Source: Balanoglossus misakiensis | Taxonomy: Eukaryota; Animalia; Hemichordata | DNA length: 64,000 bases | Assembly: GCA_040954595.2 (NCBI GenBank) | Contig: CM082584.2 | Location: 1,164,281-1,228,280, forward strand | Reading direction: 5' to 3' | In this document: positions 10,530 to 25,500 of the stretch, one piece after another | Layout: every line of letters starts with the position of its first letter | Numbering within the stretch: the stretch's first letter is position 1 | Translations under genes and position numbers: made by a program | Notes under the pieces: model-generated | What the model was told of the DNA's origin: nothing | The model's input: only the letters and a program-made list of their open reading frames with translations | Database searches by the model: none

Positions 10530-13500
10530 TTTTTGATGATTTTCACCCATGATTTTTTTCAAAAATCGACGAAATTTTGAGATTTTGCAAAGTCGAAAAT
10601 TTGTCATTTTTTGATGATTTTCACCCATGATTTTTTTTCAAAAATCGACGAAATTTTGAGATTTTGCAAAGTCGAAAATTTGTCATTTTTTGATGATTTT
10701 CACCCATGTTTTTTTTTTTTAAATCGACGAACCTATGATTTTTTTCAAAATCGACGAAATTTTGTGATTTTACAAAGTCGAAAATTTTGTCATTTTTTGA
10801 TGATTTTCAACCATGATTTTTTTTCAAAAATCGACGAAAATTTGAGATTTTGCAGAGACGAAAATTTGTCATTTTTGATGATTTTTACCCATGACTTTTA
10901 TTCAAAAATGGACGAAATTTTGAGATTTTGCAAAGACGAAAATTTGTCATTTTTTGATGATTTTCACCCATGATTTTTTTTCAAAAATCGACGAAATTTT
11001 GAGATTCTGCAAAGTCGATAATTTGTCGTTTTTTGATGATTTTCCCCCAATGGTTTTTTTCAAAATCGACGAAATTTTGAGATTTTGCAAAGTCGAAAAT
11101 TTGTCATTTTTTGATGATTTTCCCCCATGTTTTTTTTTTAAATGGACGAAATTTTGAGATTTTGCAAAGACGAAAATTTGTCATTTTTTGATGATTTTTA
11201 CCCATGATTTTTTTTCAAAAATGGACGAAATTTTAAGATTTTGCAAAGTCGAAAATTTGTCATTTTTTGATGATTTTCCCCCATGTTTTTTTTTTTAAAT
11301 GGACGAAATTTTGAGATTTTGCAAAAACGAAAATTTGTCATTTTTTGATGATTTTTACCCATGATTTTTTTTCAAAAATGGACGAAATTTTGAGATTTTG
11401 CAAAGACGAAAATTTGTCATTTTTTGATGATTTTCACCATGATTTTTTTTTCAAAAATCGACGAAATGTTGAGATTTTGCAAAGTCGAAAATGTGTCATT
11501 TTTTGATGATTTTCACCCATGATTTTTATTCAAAAATCGACGAAATTTTGAGATTTTGCAAAGTCGAAAATTTGTCATTTTTTGATGATTTTCACCCATA
11601 TTATTTTTAAAAAACCGACGAAATTTTGAGATTTAGCAAAGACGAAAATTTGTCATTTTTTGATGATTTTTACCCATGATTTTTTCAAAAATTGACGAAA
11701 TTTTGAGATTTTGCAAAGTCGAAAATTTGTCATTTTTTGATGATTTTCACCCATGATTTTTTTCAAAAATCGACGAAATTTTACGATTTTGCAAAGACGA
11801 AAATTTGTCATTTTTTGATGATTTTCACCCATGATTTTTTTTCAAAAATCGACGAAATTTTGAGATTCTGCAAAGTCGATAATTTGTCGTTTTTTGATGA
11901 TTTTCCCCCAATGGTTTTTTTCAAAATCGACGAAATTTTGAGATTTTGCAAAGTCGAAAATTTGTCATTTTTTGATGATTTTCCCCCATGTTTTTTTTTT
12001 AAATGGACGAAATTTTGAGATTTTGCAAAGACGAAAATTTGTCATTTTTTGATGATTTTTACCCATGATTTTTTTTCAAAAATGGACGAAATTTTAAGAT
12101 TTTGCAAAGTCGAAAATTTGTCATTTTTTGATGATTTTCCCCCATGTTTTTTTTTTTAAATGGACGAAATTTTGAGATTTTGCAAAAACGAAAATTTGTC
12201 ATTTTTTGATGATTTTTACCCATGATTTTTTTTCAAAAATGGACGAAATTTTGAGATTTTGCAAAGACGAAAATTTGTCATTTTTTGATGATTTTCACCA
12301 TGATTTTTTTTTCAAAAATCGACGAAATGTTGAGATTTTGCAAAGTCGAAAATGTGTCATTTTTTGATGATTTTCACCCATGATTTTTATTCAAAAATCG
12401 ACGAAATTTTGAGATTTTGCAAAGTCGAAAATTTGTCATTTTTTGATGATTTTCACCCATATTATTTTTAAAAAACCGACGAAATTTTGAGATTTAGCAA
12501 AGACGAAAATTTGTCATTTTTTGATGATTTTTACCCATGATTTTTTCAAAAATTGACGAAATTTTGAGATTTTGCAAAGTCGAAAATTTGTCATTTTTTG
12601 ATGATTTTCACCCATGATTTTTTTCAAAAATCGACGAAATTTTACGATTTTGCAAAGACGAAAATTTGTCATTTTTTGATGATTTTTACCCATGATTTTT
12701 TTTCAAAAATCGACGAAATTTTTAGATTTTTCAAAGTCGAAAATGTGTCATTTTTTCATGATTTTCACCCATGATTTTTTTTCAAAAATCGACGAAATTT
12801 TGATATTTTGCATAATCGAAAATGTGTCATTTTTTGATTATTTTTACCCATGATTTTTTTTCAAAAATCGACGAAATTTTGAGATTTTGCAAAGTCGAAA
12901 ATTTGTCATTTTTTGATGATTTTCACCCATGTTTTTTTTTTTAAAATCGACGAACCTATGATTTTTTTCAAAATCGACGAAATTTTGTGATTTTACAAAG
13001 TCGAAAATTTTGTCATTTTTTGATGATTTTCAACCATGATTTTTTTTCAAAAATCGACGAAAATTTGAGATTTTGCAAAGACGAAAATTTGTCATTTTTG
13101 ATGATTTTTACCCATGATTTTTATTCAAAAATGGACGAAATTTTGAGATTTTGCAAAGACGAACATTTTTCATTTTTTGATGATTTTCACCCATGATTGT
13201 TTTTTCAAAAATCGACGAAATTTTGAGATTTTGCAAAGTCGAAAATTTGTCATTTTTTGATGATTTTGCCCCATGTTTTTTTTTTAAAATGGACGAAATT
13301 TTGAGATTTTGCAAAGACGAAAATTTGTCATTTTTTGATGATTTTCAACCATGTTTTTTTTTTTAAAATCGACGAACCTATGATTTTTTTCAAAATCGAC
13401 GAAATTTTGTGATTTTACAAAGTCGAAAATTTTGTCATTTTTTGATGATTTTCACCATGATTTTTTTTCAAAAATCGACGAAATTTTGAGATTTTGCAAA

Positions 13501-16500
13501 GTTGAAAATTTGTCATTTTTTGATGATTTTCACCCATGAATTTTTCAAAAATCGACGAAATTTTGAGATTTTGCAAAGTCGAAAATTTGTCATATTTTGA
13601 TGATTTTCACCAATGTTTTTTTTTAAAAATCGACGAACCCATGATTTTTTTCAAAATCGACGAAGTTTTGAGATTTTGCATAATCGAAAATTTGTCATTT
13701 TTTGATGATTTTCACCCATGATTTTTTTTAAAAATGAACGAAATTTTGAGATTTTGCAAAGTCGAAAATTTGTCATATTTTGATGATTTTCACCAATGTT
13801 TTTTTTTAAAAATCGGCGAACCCATGATTTTTTTCAAAATCGACGAAATTTTGAGATTTTGCATAATCGAAAATTTGTCATTTTTTGATGATTTTCACCC
13901 ATGATTTTTTTTAAAAATGAACGAAATTTTGAGATTTTGCAAAGTCAAAAATTTGTCATTTTTTGATGATTTTCAACCATTATTTTTTTTCAAAAATGGA
14001 CGAAATTTTGAGATTTTGCAAAGACGAAAATTTGTCATTTTTTGATGATTTTCACCATGATTTTTTTTCAAAAATCGACGAAATTTTGAGATTTTGCAAA
14101 GTCGAAAATTTGTCATTTTTTGATGATTTTCACCATGATTTTTTTTCAAAAATCGACGAAATTTTGAGATTTTGCAAAGTCGAAAATTTGTCATTTTTTG
14201 ATGATTTTCACCCATGATTTTTTTTCAAAAATCGACGAAATTTTGAGATTTTGCAAAGTCGAAAATTTGTCATTTTTTGATGATTTTCACCATGATTTTT
14301 TTTCAAAAATCGACGAAATTTTGAGATTTTGCAAAGTCGAAAATTTGTCATTTTTTGATGATTTTCACCATGATTTTTTTTCAAAAATCGACGAAATTTT
14401 GAGATTTTGCAAAGTCGAAAATTTGTCATTTTTTGATGATTTTCACCATGATTTTTTTTCAAAAATGGACGAAATTTTGAGATTTTGCAAAGTCGAAAAT
14501 TTGTCATTTTTTGATGATTTTCACCAATATTATTTTTCAAAAACCGACGAAATTTTGAGATTTAGCAAAGACGAAAATTTGTCATTTTTTGATGATTTTT
14601 ACCCCTGATTTTTTTCAAAAATTGACGAAATTTTGAGATTTTGCAAAGTCGAAAATTTGTCATTTTTTGATGATTTTCACCCATGATTTTTTACAAAAAT
14701 CGACGAAATTTTGAGATTTTGCAAAGTCGAAAATTTGTAATTTTTTGATGATTTTCACCATGATTTTTTTTCAAAAATGGACGAAATTTTGAGATTTTGC
14801 AAAGTCGAAAATTTGTCATTTTTTGATGATTTTCACCAATATTATTTTTCAAAAACCGACGAAATTTTGAGATTTTGCAAAGTCGAAAATTTGTCATTTT
14901 TTGATGATTTTCACCCATGATTTTTTACAAAAATCGACGAAATTTTGAGATTTTGCAAAGTCGAAAATTTGTCATTTTTTGATGATTTTCACCCATGATT
15001 TTTTTCAAAAATCGACGAAATTGTGAGATTCTGCAAAGTCGATAATTTGTCATTTTTTGATGATTTTCCCCCAATGGTTTTTTTCAAAATCGACGAAATT
15101 TTGAGATTTTGCAAAGTCGAAAATTTGTCATTTTTTGATGATTTTCCCCCATGTTTTTTTTTTAAATGGACGAAATTTTGAGATTTTGCAAAGACGAAAA
15201 TTTGTCATTTTTTGATGATTTTTACCCATGATTTTTTTTCAAAAATGGACGAAATTTTAAGATTTTGCAAAGTCGAAAATTTGTCATTTTTTGATGATTT
15301 TCACCAATATTATTTTTCAAAAACCGACGAAATTTTGAGATTTAGCAAAGACGAAAATTTGTCATTTTTTGATGATTTTTACCCCTGATTTTTTTCAAAA
15401 ATTGACGAAATTTTGAGATTTTGCAAAGTCGAAAATTTGTCATTTTTTGATGATTTTCACCCATGATTTTTTACAAAAATCGACGAAATTTTGAGATTTT
15501 GCAAAGTCGAAAATTTGTAATTTTTTGATGATTTTCACCATGATTTTTTTTCAAAAATGGACGAAATTTTGAGATTTTGCAAAGTCGAAAATTTGTCATT
15601 TTTTGATGATTTTCACCAATATTATTTTTCAAAAACCGACGAAATTTTGAGATTTTGCAAAGTCGAAAATTTGTCATTTTTTGATGATTTTCACCCATGA
15701 TTTTTTACAAAAATCGACGAAATTTTGAGATTTTGCAAAGTCGAAAATTTGTCATTTTTTGATGATTTTCACCCATGATTTTTTTCAAAAATCGACGAAA
15801 TTGTGAGATTCTGCAAAGTCGATAATTTGTCATTTTTTGATGATTTTCCCCCAATGGTTTTTTTCAAAATCGACGAAATTTTGAGATTTTGCAAAGTCGA
15901 AAATTTGTCATTTTTTGATGATTTTCCCCCATGTTTTTTTTTTAAATGGACGAAATTTTGAGATTTTGCAAAGACGAAAATTTGTCATTTTTTGATGATT
16001 TTTACCCATGATTTTTTTTCAAAAATGGACGAAATTTTAAGATTTTGCAAAGTCGAAAATTTGTCATTTTTTGATGATTTTCCCCCATGTTTTTTTTTAA
16101 ATGGACGAAATTTTGAGATTTTGCAAAAACGAAAATTTGTCATTTTTTGATGATTTTTACCCATGATTTTTTTTCAAAAATGGACGAAATTTTGAGATTT
16201 TGCAAAGACGAAAATTTGTCATTTTTTGATGATTTTCACCATGATTTTTTTTTCAAAAATCGACGAAATGTTGAGATTTTGCAAAGACGAAAATTTGTCA
16301 TTTTTTGATGATTTTCACCAATATTATTTTTCAAAAACCGACGAAATTTTGAGATTTAGCAAAGACGAAAATTTGTCATTTTTTGATGATTTTTACCCCT
16401 GATTTTTTTCAAAAATTGACGAAATTTTGAGATTTTGCAAAGTCGAAAATTTGTCATTTTTTGATGATTTTCACCCATGATTTTTTACAAAAATCGACGA

Positions 16501-19500
16501 AATTTTGAGATTTTGCAAAGTCGAAAATTTGTAATTTTTTGATGATTTTCACCATGATTTTTTTTCAAAAATGGACGAAATTTTGAGATTTTGCAAAGTC
16601 GAAAATTTGTCATTTTTTGATGATTTTCACCAATATTATTTTTCAAAAACCGACGAAATTTTGAGATTTTGCAAAGTCGAAAATTTGTCATTTTTTGATG
16701 ATTTTCACCCATGATTTTTTACAAAAATCGACGAAATTTTGAGATTTTGCAAAGTCGAAAATTTGTCATTTTTTGATGATTTTCACCCATGATTTTTTTC
16801 AAAAATCGACGAAATTGTGAGATTCTGCAAAGTCGATAATTTGTCATTTTTTGATGATTTTCCCCCAATGGTTTTTTTCAAAATCGACGAAATTTTGAGA
16901 TTTTGCAAAGTCGAAAATTTGTCATTTTTTGATGATTTTCCCCCATGTTTTTTTTTTAAATGGACGAAATTTTGAGATTTTGCAAAGACGAAAATTTGTC
17001 ATTTTTTGATGATTTTTACCCATGATTTTTTTTCAAAAATGGACGAAATTTTAAGATTTTGCAAAGTCGAAAATTTGTCATTTTTTGATGATTTTCCCCC
17101 ATGTTTTTTTTTAAATGGACGAAATTTTGAGATTTTGCAAAAACGAAAATTTGTCATTTTTTGATGATTTTTACCCACGATTTTTTTTCAAAAATGGACG
17201 AAATTTTGAGATTTTGCAAAGACGAAAATTTGTCATTTTTTGATGATTTTCACCATGATTTTTTTTTCAAAAATCGACGAAATGTTGAGATTTTGCAAAG
17301 ACGAAAATTTGTCATTTTTTGATGATTTTCACCAATATTATTTTTCAAAAACCGACGAAATTTTGAGATTTAGCAAAGACGAAAATTTGTCATTTTTTGA
17401 TGATTTTTACCCCTGATTTTTTTCAAAAATTGACGAAATTTTGAGATTTTGCAAAGTCGAAAATTTGTCATTTTTTGATGATTTTCACCCATGATTTTTT
17501 ACAAAAATCGACGAAATTTTGAGATTTTGCAAAGTCGAAAATTTGTAATTTTTTGATGATTTTCACCATGATTTTTTTTCAAAAATGGACGAAATTTTGA
17601 GATTTTGCAAAGTCGAAAATTTGTCATTTTTTGATGATTTTCACCAATATTATTTTTCAAAAACCGACGAAATTTTGAGATTTTGCAAAGTCGAAAATTT
17701 GTCATTTTTTGATGATTTTCACCCATGATTTTTTACAAAAATCGACGAAATTTTGAGATTTTGCAAAGTCGAAAATTTGTCATTTTTTGATGATTTTCAC
17801 CCATGATTTTTTTCAAAAATCGACGAAATTGTGAGATTCTGCAAAGTCGATAATTTGTCATTTTTTGATGATTTTCCCCCAATGGTTTTTTTCAAAATCG
17901 ACGAAATTTTGAGATTTTGCAAAGTCGAAAATTTGTCATTTTTTGATGATTTTCCCCCATGTTTTTTTTTTAAATGGACGAAATTTTGAGATTTTGCAAA
18001 GACGAAAATTTGTCATTTTTTGATGATTTTTACCCATGATTTTTTTTCAAAAATGGACGAAATTTTAAGATTTTGCAAAGTCGAAAATTTGTCATTTTTT
18101 GATGATTTTCCCCCATGTTTTTTTTTAAATGGACGAAATTTTGAGATTTTGCAAAAACGAAAATTTGTCATTTTTTGATGATTTTTACCCACGATTTTTT
18201 TTCAAAAATGGACGAAATTTTGAGATTTTGCAAAGACGAAAATTTGTCATTTTTTGATGATTTTCACCATGATTTTTTTTTCAAAAATCGACGAAATGTT
18301 GAGATTTTGCAAAGACGAAAATTTGTCATTTTTTGATGATTTTCACCAATATTATTTTTCAAAAACCGACGAAATTTTGAGATTTAGCAAAGACGAAAAT
18401 TTGTCATTTTTTGATGATTTTTACCCCTGATTTTTTTCAAAAATTGACGAAATTTTGAGATTTTGCAAAGTCGAAAATTTGTCATTTTTTGATGATTTTC
18501 ACCCATGATTTTTTACAAAAATCGACGAAATTTTGAGATTTTGCAAAGTCGAAAATTTGTAATTTTTTGATGATTTTCACCATGATTTTTTTTCAAAAAT
18601 GGACGAAATTTTGAGATTTTGCAAAGTCGAAAATTTGTCATTTTTTGATGATTTTCACCAATATTATTTTTCAAAAACCGACGAAATTTTGAGATTTTGC
18701 AAAGTCGAAAATTTGTCATTTTTTGATGATTTTCACCCATGATTTTTTACAAAAATCGACGAAATTTTGAGATTTTGCAAAGTCGAAAATTTGTCATTTT
18801 TTGATGATTTTCACCCATGATTTTTTTCAAAAATCGACGAAATTGTGAGATTCTGCAAAGTCGATAATTTGTCATTTTTTGATGATTTTCCCCCAATGGT
18901 TTTTTTCAAAATCGACGAAATTTTGAGATTTTGCAAAGTCGAAAATTTGTCATTTTTTGATGATTTTCCCCCATGTTTTTTTTTTAAATGGACGAAATTT
19001 TGAGATTTTGCAAAGACGAAAATTTGTCATTTTTTGATGATTTTTACCCATTATTTTTTTTCAAAAATGGACGAAATTTTAAGATTTTGCAAAGTCGAAA
19101 ATTTGTCATTTTTTGATGATTTTCCCCCATGTTTTTTTTTAAATGGACGAAATTTTGAGATTTTGCAAAAACGAAAATTTGTCATTTTTTGATGATTTTT
19201 ACCCATGATTTTTTTTCAAAAATGGACGAAATTTTGAGATTTTGCAAAGACGAAAATTTGTCATTTTTTGATGATTTTCACCATGATTTTTTTTTCAAAA
19301 ATCGACGAAATGTTGAGATTTTGCAAAGACGAAAATTTGTCATTTTTTGATGATTTTCACCCATGATTTTTTTTTCAAAAATCGACGAAATTTTGAGATT
19401 TTGCAAAGTCGAAAATTTGTCATTTTTTGATGATTTTCACCCATATTATTTTTCAAAAACCGACGAAATTTTGAGATTTAGCAAAGACGAAAATTTGTCA

Positions 19501-22500
19501 TTTTTTGATGATTTTTACCCATGATTTTTTCAAAAATTGACGAAATTTTGAGATTTTGCAAAGTCGAAAATTTGTCATTTTTTGATGATTTTCACCCATG
19601 ATTTTTTTCAAAAATCGACGAAATTTTAAGATTTTGTAAAGACGAAAATTTGTCATTTTTTGATGATTTTTACCCATGATTTTTTTTCAAAAATCGACGA
19701 AATTTTTAGATTTTTCAAAGTCGAAAATGTGTCATTTTTTCATGATTTTCACCCATGATTTTTTTTCAAAAATCGACGAAATTTTGAGATTTTGCAAAGT
19801 CGAAAATTTGTAATTTTTTGATGATTTTCACCATGATTTTTTTTCAAAAATGGACGAAATTTTGAGATTTTGCAAAGTCGAAAATTTGTCATTTTTTGAT
19901 GATTTTCACCAATATTATTTTTCAAAAACCGACGAAATTTTGAGATTTTGCAAAGTCGAAAATTTGTCATTTTTTGATGATTTTCACCCATGATTTTTTA
20001 CAAAAATCGACGAAATTTTGAGATTTTGCAAAGTCGAAAATTTGTCATTTTTTGATGATTTTCACCCATGATTTTTTTCAAAAATCGACGAAATTGTGAG
20101 ATTCTGCAAAGTCGATAATTTGTCATTTTTTGATGATTTTCCCCCAATGGTTTTTTTCAAAATCGACGAAATTTTGAGATTTTGCAAAGTCGAAAATTTG
20201 TCATTTTTTGATGATTTTCCCCCATGTTTTTTTTTTAAATGGACGAAATTTTGAGATTTTGCAAAGACGAAAATTTGTCATTTTTTGATGATTTTTACCC
20301 ATTATTTTTTTTCAAAAATGGACGAAATTTTAAGATTTTGCAAAGTCGAAAATTTGTCATTTTTTGATGATTTTCTCCCATGTTTTTTTTTAAATGGACG
20401 AAATTTTGAGATTTTGCAAAAACGAAAATTTGTCATTTTTTGATGATTTTTACCCATGATTTTTTTTCAAAAATGGACGAAATTTTGAGATTTTGCAAAG
20501 ACGAAAATTTGTCATTTTTTGATGATTTTCACCATGATTTTTTTTTCAAAAATCGACGAAATGTTGAGATTTTGCAAAGACGAAAATTTGTCATTTTTTG
20601 ATGATTTTCACCCATGATTTTTTTTTCAAAAATCGACGAAATTTTGAGATTTTGCAAAGTCGAAAATTTGTCATTTTTTGATGATTTTCACCCATATTAT
20701 TTTTCAAAAACCGACGAAATTTTGAGATTTAGCAAAGACGAAAATTTGTCATTTTTTGATGATTTTTACCCATGATTTTTTCAAAAATTGACGAAATTTT
20801 GAGATTTTGCAAAGTCGAAAATTTGTCATTTTTTGATGATTTTCACCCATGATTTTTTTCAAAAATCGACGAAATTTTAAGATTTTGTAAAGACGAAAAT
20901 TTGTCATTTTTTGATGATTTTTACCCATGATTTTTTTTCAAAAATCGACGAAATTTTTAGATTTTTCAAAGTCGAAAATGTGTCATTTTTTCATGATTTT
21001 CACCCATGATTTTTTTTCAAAAATCGACGAAATTTTGAGATTTTGCATAATCGAAAATGTGTCATTTTTTGATGATATTTACCCATGATTTTTTTTCAAA
21101 AATCGACGAAATTTTGAGATTTTGCAAAGTCGAAAATTTGTCATTTTTTGATGATTTTCACCCATGTTTTTTTTTTAAAAATCGACGAACCTATGATTTT
21201 TTTCAAAATGGACGAAATTTTGTGATTTTACAAAGTCGAAAATTTTGTCATTTTTTGATGATTTTCAACCATGATTTTTTTTCAAAAATCGACGAAAATT
21301 TGAGATTTTGCAAAGACGAAAATTTGTCATTTTTGATGATTTTTACCCATGATTTTTATTCAAAAATGGACGAAATTTTGAGATTTTGCAAAGACGAAAA
21401 TTTGTCATTTTTTGATGATTTTCACCCATGATTTTTTTTTCAAAAATCGACGAAATTTTGAGATTTTGCAAAGTCGAAAATTTGTCATTTTTTGATGATT
21501 TTGCCCCATGTTTTTTTTTTAAAATGGACGAAATTTTGAGATTTTGCAAAGACGAAAATTTGTCATTTTTTGATGATTTTCAACCATGTTTTTTTTTTCA
21601 AAATCGACGAACCTATGATTTTTTTCAAAATCGACGAAATTTAGTGATTTTACAAAGTCGAAAATTTTGTCATTTTTTGATGATTTTCACCATGATTTTT
21701 TTTCAAAAATCGACGAAATTTTGAGATTTTGCAAAGTTGAAAATTTGTCATTTTTTGATGATTTTCACCCATGAATTTTTCAAAAATCGACGAAATTTTG
21801 AGATTTTGCAAAGTCGAAAATTTGTCATATTTTGATGATTTTCACCAATGTTTTTTTTTAAAAATCGACGAACCCATGATTTTTTTCAAAATCGACGAAA
21901 TTTTGAGATTTTGCATAATCGAAAATTTGTCATTTTTTGATGATTTTCACCCATGATTTTTTTTAAAAATGAACGAAATTTTGAGATTTTGCAAAGTCGA
22001 AAATTTGTCATATTTTGATGATTTTCACCAATGTTTTTTTTTAAAAATCGGCGAACCCATGATTTTTTCAAAATCGACGAAATTTTGAGATTTTGCATAA
22101 TCGAAAATTTGTCATTTTTTGATGATTTTCACCCATGATTTTTTTTAAAAATGAACGAAATTTTGAGATTTTGCAAAGTCAAAAATTTGTAATTTTTTGA
22201 TGATTTTCACCATGATTTTTTTTCAAAAATCGACGAAATTTTGAGATTTTGCATAATCGAAAATGTGTCATTTTTTGATGATATTTACCCATGATTTTTT
22301 TTCAAAAATCGACGAAATTTTGAGATTTTGCAAAGTCGAAAATTTGTCATTTTTTGATGATTTTCACCCATGTTTTTTTTTTAAAAATCGACGAACCTAT
22401 GATTTTTTTCAAAATGGACGAAATTTTGTGATTTTACAAAGTCGAAAATTTTGTCATTTTTTGATGATTTTCAACCATGATTTTTTTTCAAAAATCGACG

Positions 22501-25500
22501 AAAATTTGAGATTTTGCAAAGACGAAAATTTGTCATTTTTGATGATTTTTACCCATGATTTTTATTCAAAAATGGACGAAATTTTGAGATTTTGCAAAGA
22601 CGAAAATTTGTCATTTTTTGATGATTTTCACCCATGATTTTTTTTTCAAAAATCGACGAAATTTTGAGATTTTGCAAAGTCGAAAATTTGTCATTTTTTG
22701 ATGATTTTGCCCCATGTTTTTTTTTTAAAATGGACGAAATTTTGAGATTTTGCAAAGACGAAAATTTGTCATTTTTTGATGATTTTCAACCATGTTTTTT
22801 TTTCAAAATCGACGAACCTATGATTTTTTTCAAAATCGACGAAATTTAGTGATTTTACAAAGTCGAAAATTTTGTCATTTTTTGATGATTTTCACCATGA
22901 TTTTTTTTCAAAAATCGACGAAATTTTGAGATTTTGCAAAGTTGAAAATTTGTCATTTTTTGATGATTTTCACCCATGAATTTTTCAAAAATCGACGAAA
23001 TTTTGAGATTTTGCAAAGTCGAAAATTTGTCATATTTTGATGATTTTCACCAATGTTTTTTTTTAAAAATCGACGAACCCATGATTTTTTTCAAAATCGA
23101 CGAAATTTTGAGATTTTGCATAATTGAAAATTTGTCATTTTTTGATGATTTTCACCCATGATTTTTTTTAAAAATGAACGAAATTTTGAGATTTTGCAAA
23201 GTCGAAAATTTGTCATATTTTGATGATTTTCACCAATGTTTTTTTTTAAAAATCGGCGAACCCATGATTTTTTCAAAATCGACGAAATTTTGAGATTTTG
23301 CATAATCGAAAATTTGTCATTTTTTGATGATTTTCACCCATGATTTTTTTTAAAAATGAACGAAATTTTGAGATTTTGCAAAGTCAAAAATTTGTCATTT
23401 TTTGATGATTTTCAACCATTATTTTTTTTCAAAAATGGACGAAATTTTGAGATTTTGCAAAGACGAAAATTTGTCATTTTTTGATGATTTTCACCATGAT
23501 TTTTTTTCAAAAATCGACGAAATTTTGAGATTTTGCAAAGTCGAAAATTTGTCATTTTTTGATGATTTTCACCATGATTTTTTTTCAAAAATCGACGAAA
23601 TTTTGAGATTTTGCAAAGTCGAAAATTTGTCATTTTTTGATGATTTTCACCCATGATTTTTATTCAAAAATCGACGAAATTTTGAGATTTTGCATAATCG
23701 AAAATGTGTCATTTTTTGATAATTTTCACCCATGATTTTTTTTCAAAAATCGACGAAATTTTGAGATTTTGCAAAGTCGAAAATTTGTCATTTTTTGATG
23801 ATTTTCACCCATGTTTTTTTTTTAAAAATCGACGAACCTATGATTTTTTTCAAAATCGACGAAATTTTTTGATTTTACAAAGTCGAAAATTTTGTCATTT
23901 TTTGATGATTTTCAACCATGATTTTTTTTCAAAAATCGACGAAATTTTGAGATTTTGCAAAGTCGAAAATTTGTCATTTTTTGATGATTTTGCCCCATGT
24001 TTTTTTTTAAAATGGACGAAATTTTGAGATTTTGCAAAGTCGAAAATTTGTCATTTTTTGATGATTTTCACCCATGATTTTTATTCAAAAATCGACGAAA
24101 TTTTGAGATTTTGCATAATCGAAAATGTGTCATTTTTTGATAATTTTCACCCATGATTTTTTTTCAAAAATCGACGAAATTTTGAGATTTTGCAAAGTCG
24201 AAAATTTGTCATTTTTTGATGATTTTCACCCATGTTTTTTTTTAAAAAATCGACGAACCTATGATTTTTTTCAAAATCGACGAAATTTTGAGATTTTGCA
24301 AAGTCGAAAATTTTGTCATTTTTTGATGATTTTCAACCATGATTTTTTTTCAAAAATCGACGAAATTTTGAGATTTTGCAAAGCCGAAAATTTGTCATTT
24401 TTTGATGATTTTGCCCCATGTTTTTTTTTTAAAATGGACGAAATTTTGAGATTTTGCAAAGACGAAAATTTGTCATTTTTTGATGATTTTCAACCATGTT
24501 TTTTTTTTAAAAATCGACGAACCTATGATTTTTTTCAAAATCGACGAAATTTAGTGATTTTACAAAGTCGAAAATTTTGTCATTTTTTGATGATTTTCAC
24601 CATGATTTTTTTTCAAAAATCGACGAAATTTTGAGATTTTGCAAAGTTGAAAATTTGTCATTTTTTGATGATTTTCACCCATGAATTTTTCAAAAATCGA
24701 CGAAATTTTGAGATTTTGCAAAGTCGAAAATTTGTCATATTTTGATGATTTTCACCAATGTTTTTTTTTAAAAATCGACGAACCCATGATTTTTTTCAAA
24801 ATCGACGAAATTTTGAGATTTTGCATAATCGAAAATTTGTCATTTTTTGATGATTTTCACCCATGATTTTTTTTAAAAATGAACGAAATTTTGAGATTTT
24901 GCAAAGTCGAAAATTTGTCATATTTTGATGATTTTCACCAATGTTTTTTTTTAAAAATCGGCGAACCCATGATTTTTTTCAAAATCGACGAAATTTTGAG
25001 ATTTTGCATAATCGAAAATTTGTCATTTTTTGATGATTTTCACCCATGATTTTTTTTAAAAATGAACGAAATTTTGAGATTTTGCAAAGTCAAAAATTTG
25101 TCATTTTTTGATGATTTTCAACCATTATTTTTTTTCAAAAATGGACGAAATTTTGAGATTTTGCAAAGACGAAAATTTGTCATTTTTTGATGATTTTCAC
25201 CATGATTTTTTTTCAAAAATCGACGAAATTTTGAGATTTTGCAAAGTCGAAAATTTGTCATTTTTTGATGATTTTCACCCATGATTTTTATTCAAAAATC
25301 GACGAAATTTGGAGATTTTGCATAATCGAAAATGTGTCATTTTTTGATAATTTTCACCCATGATTTTTTTTCAAAAATCGACGAAATTTTGAGATTTTGC
25401 AAAGTCGAAAATTTGTCATTTTTTGATGATTTTCACCCATGATTTTTTTCAAAAATCGACGAAATTGTGAGATTTTGCAAAGTCGATAATTTGTCATTTT

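Noticed and set aside
10525-10602. CENP-B box in the satellite monomer
   Set aside because: TTTCG is present on the minus strand but the required A..CGGG spacing is absent.
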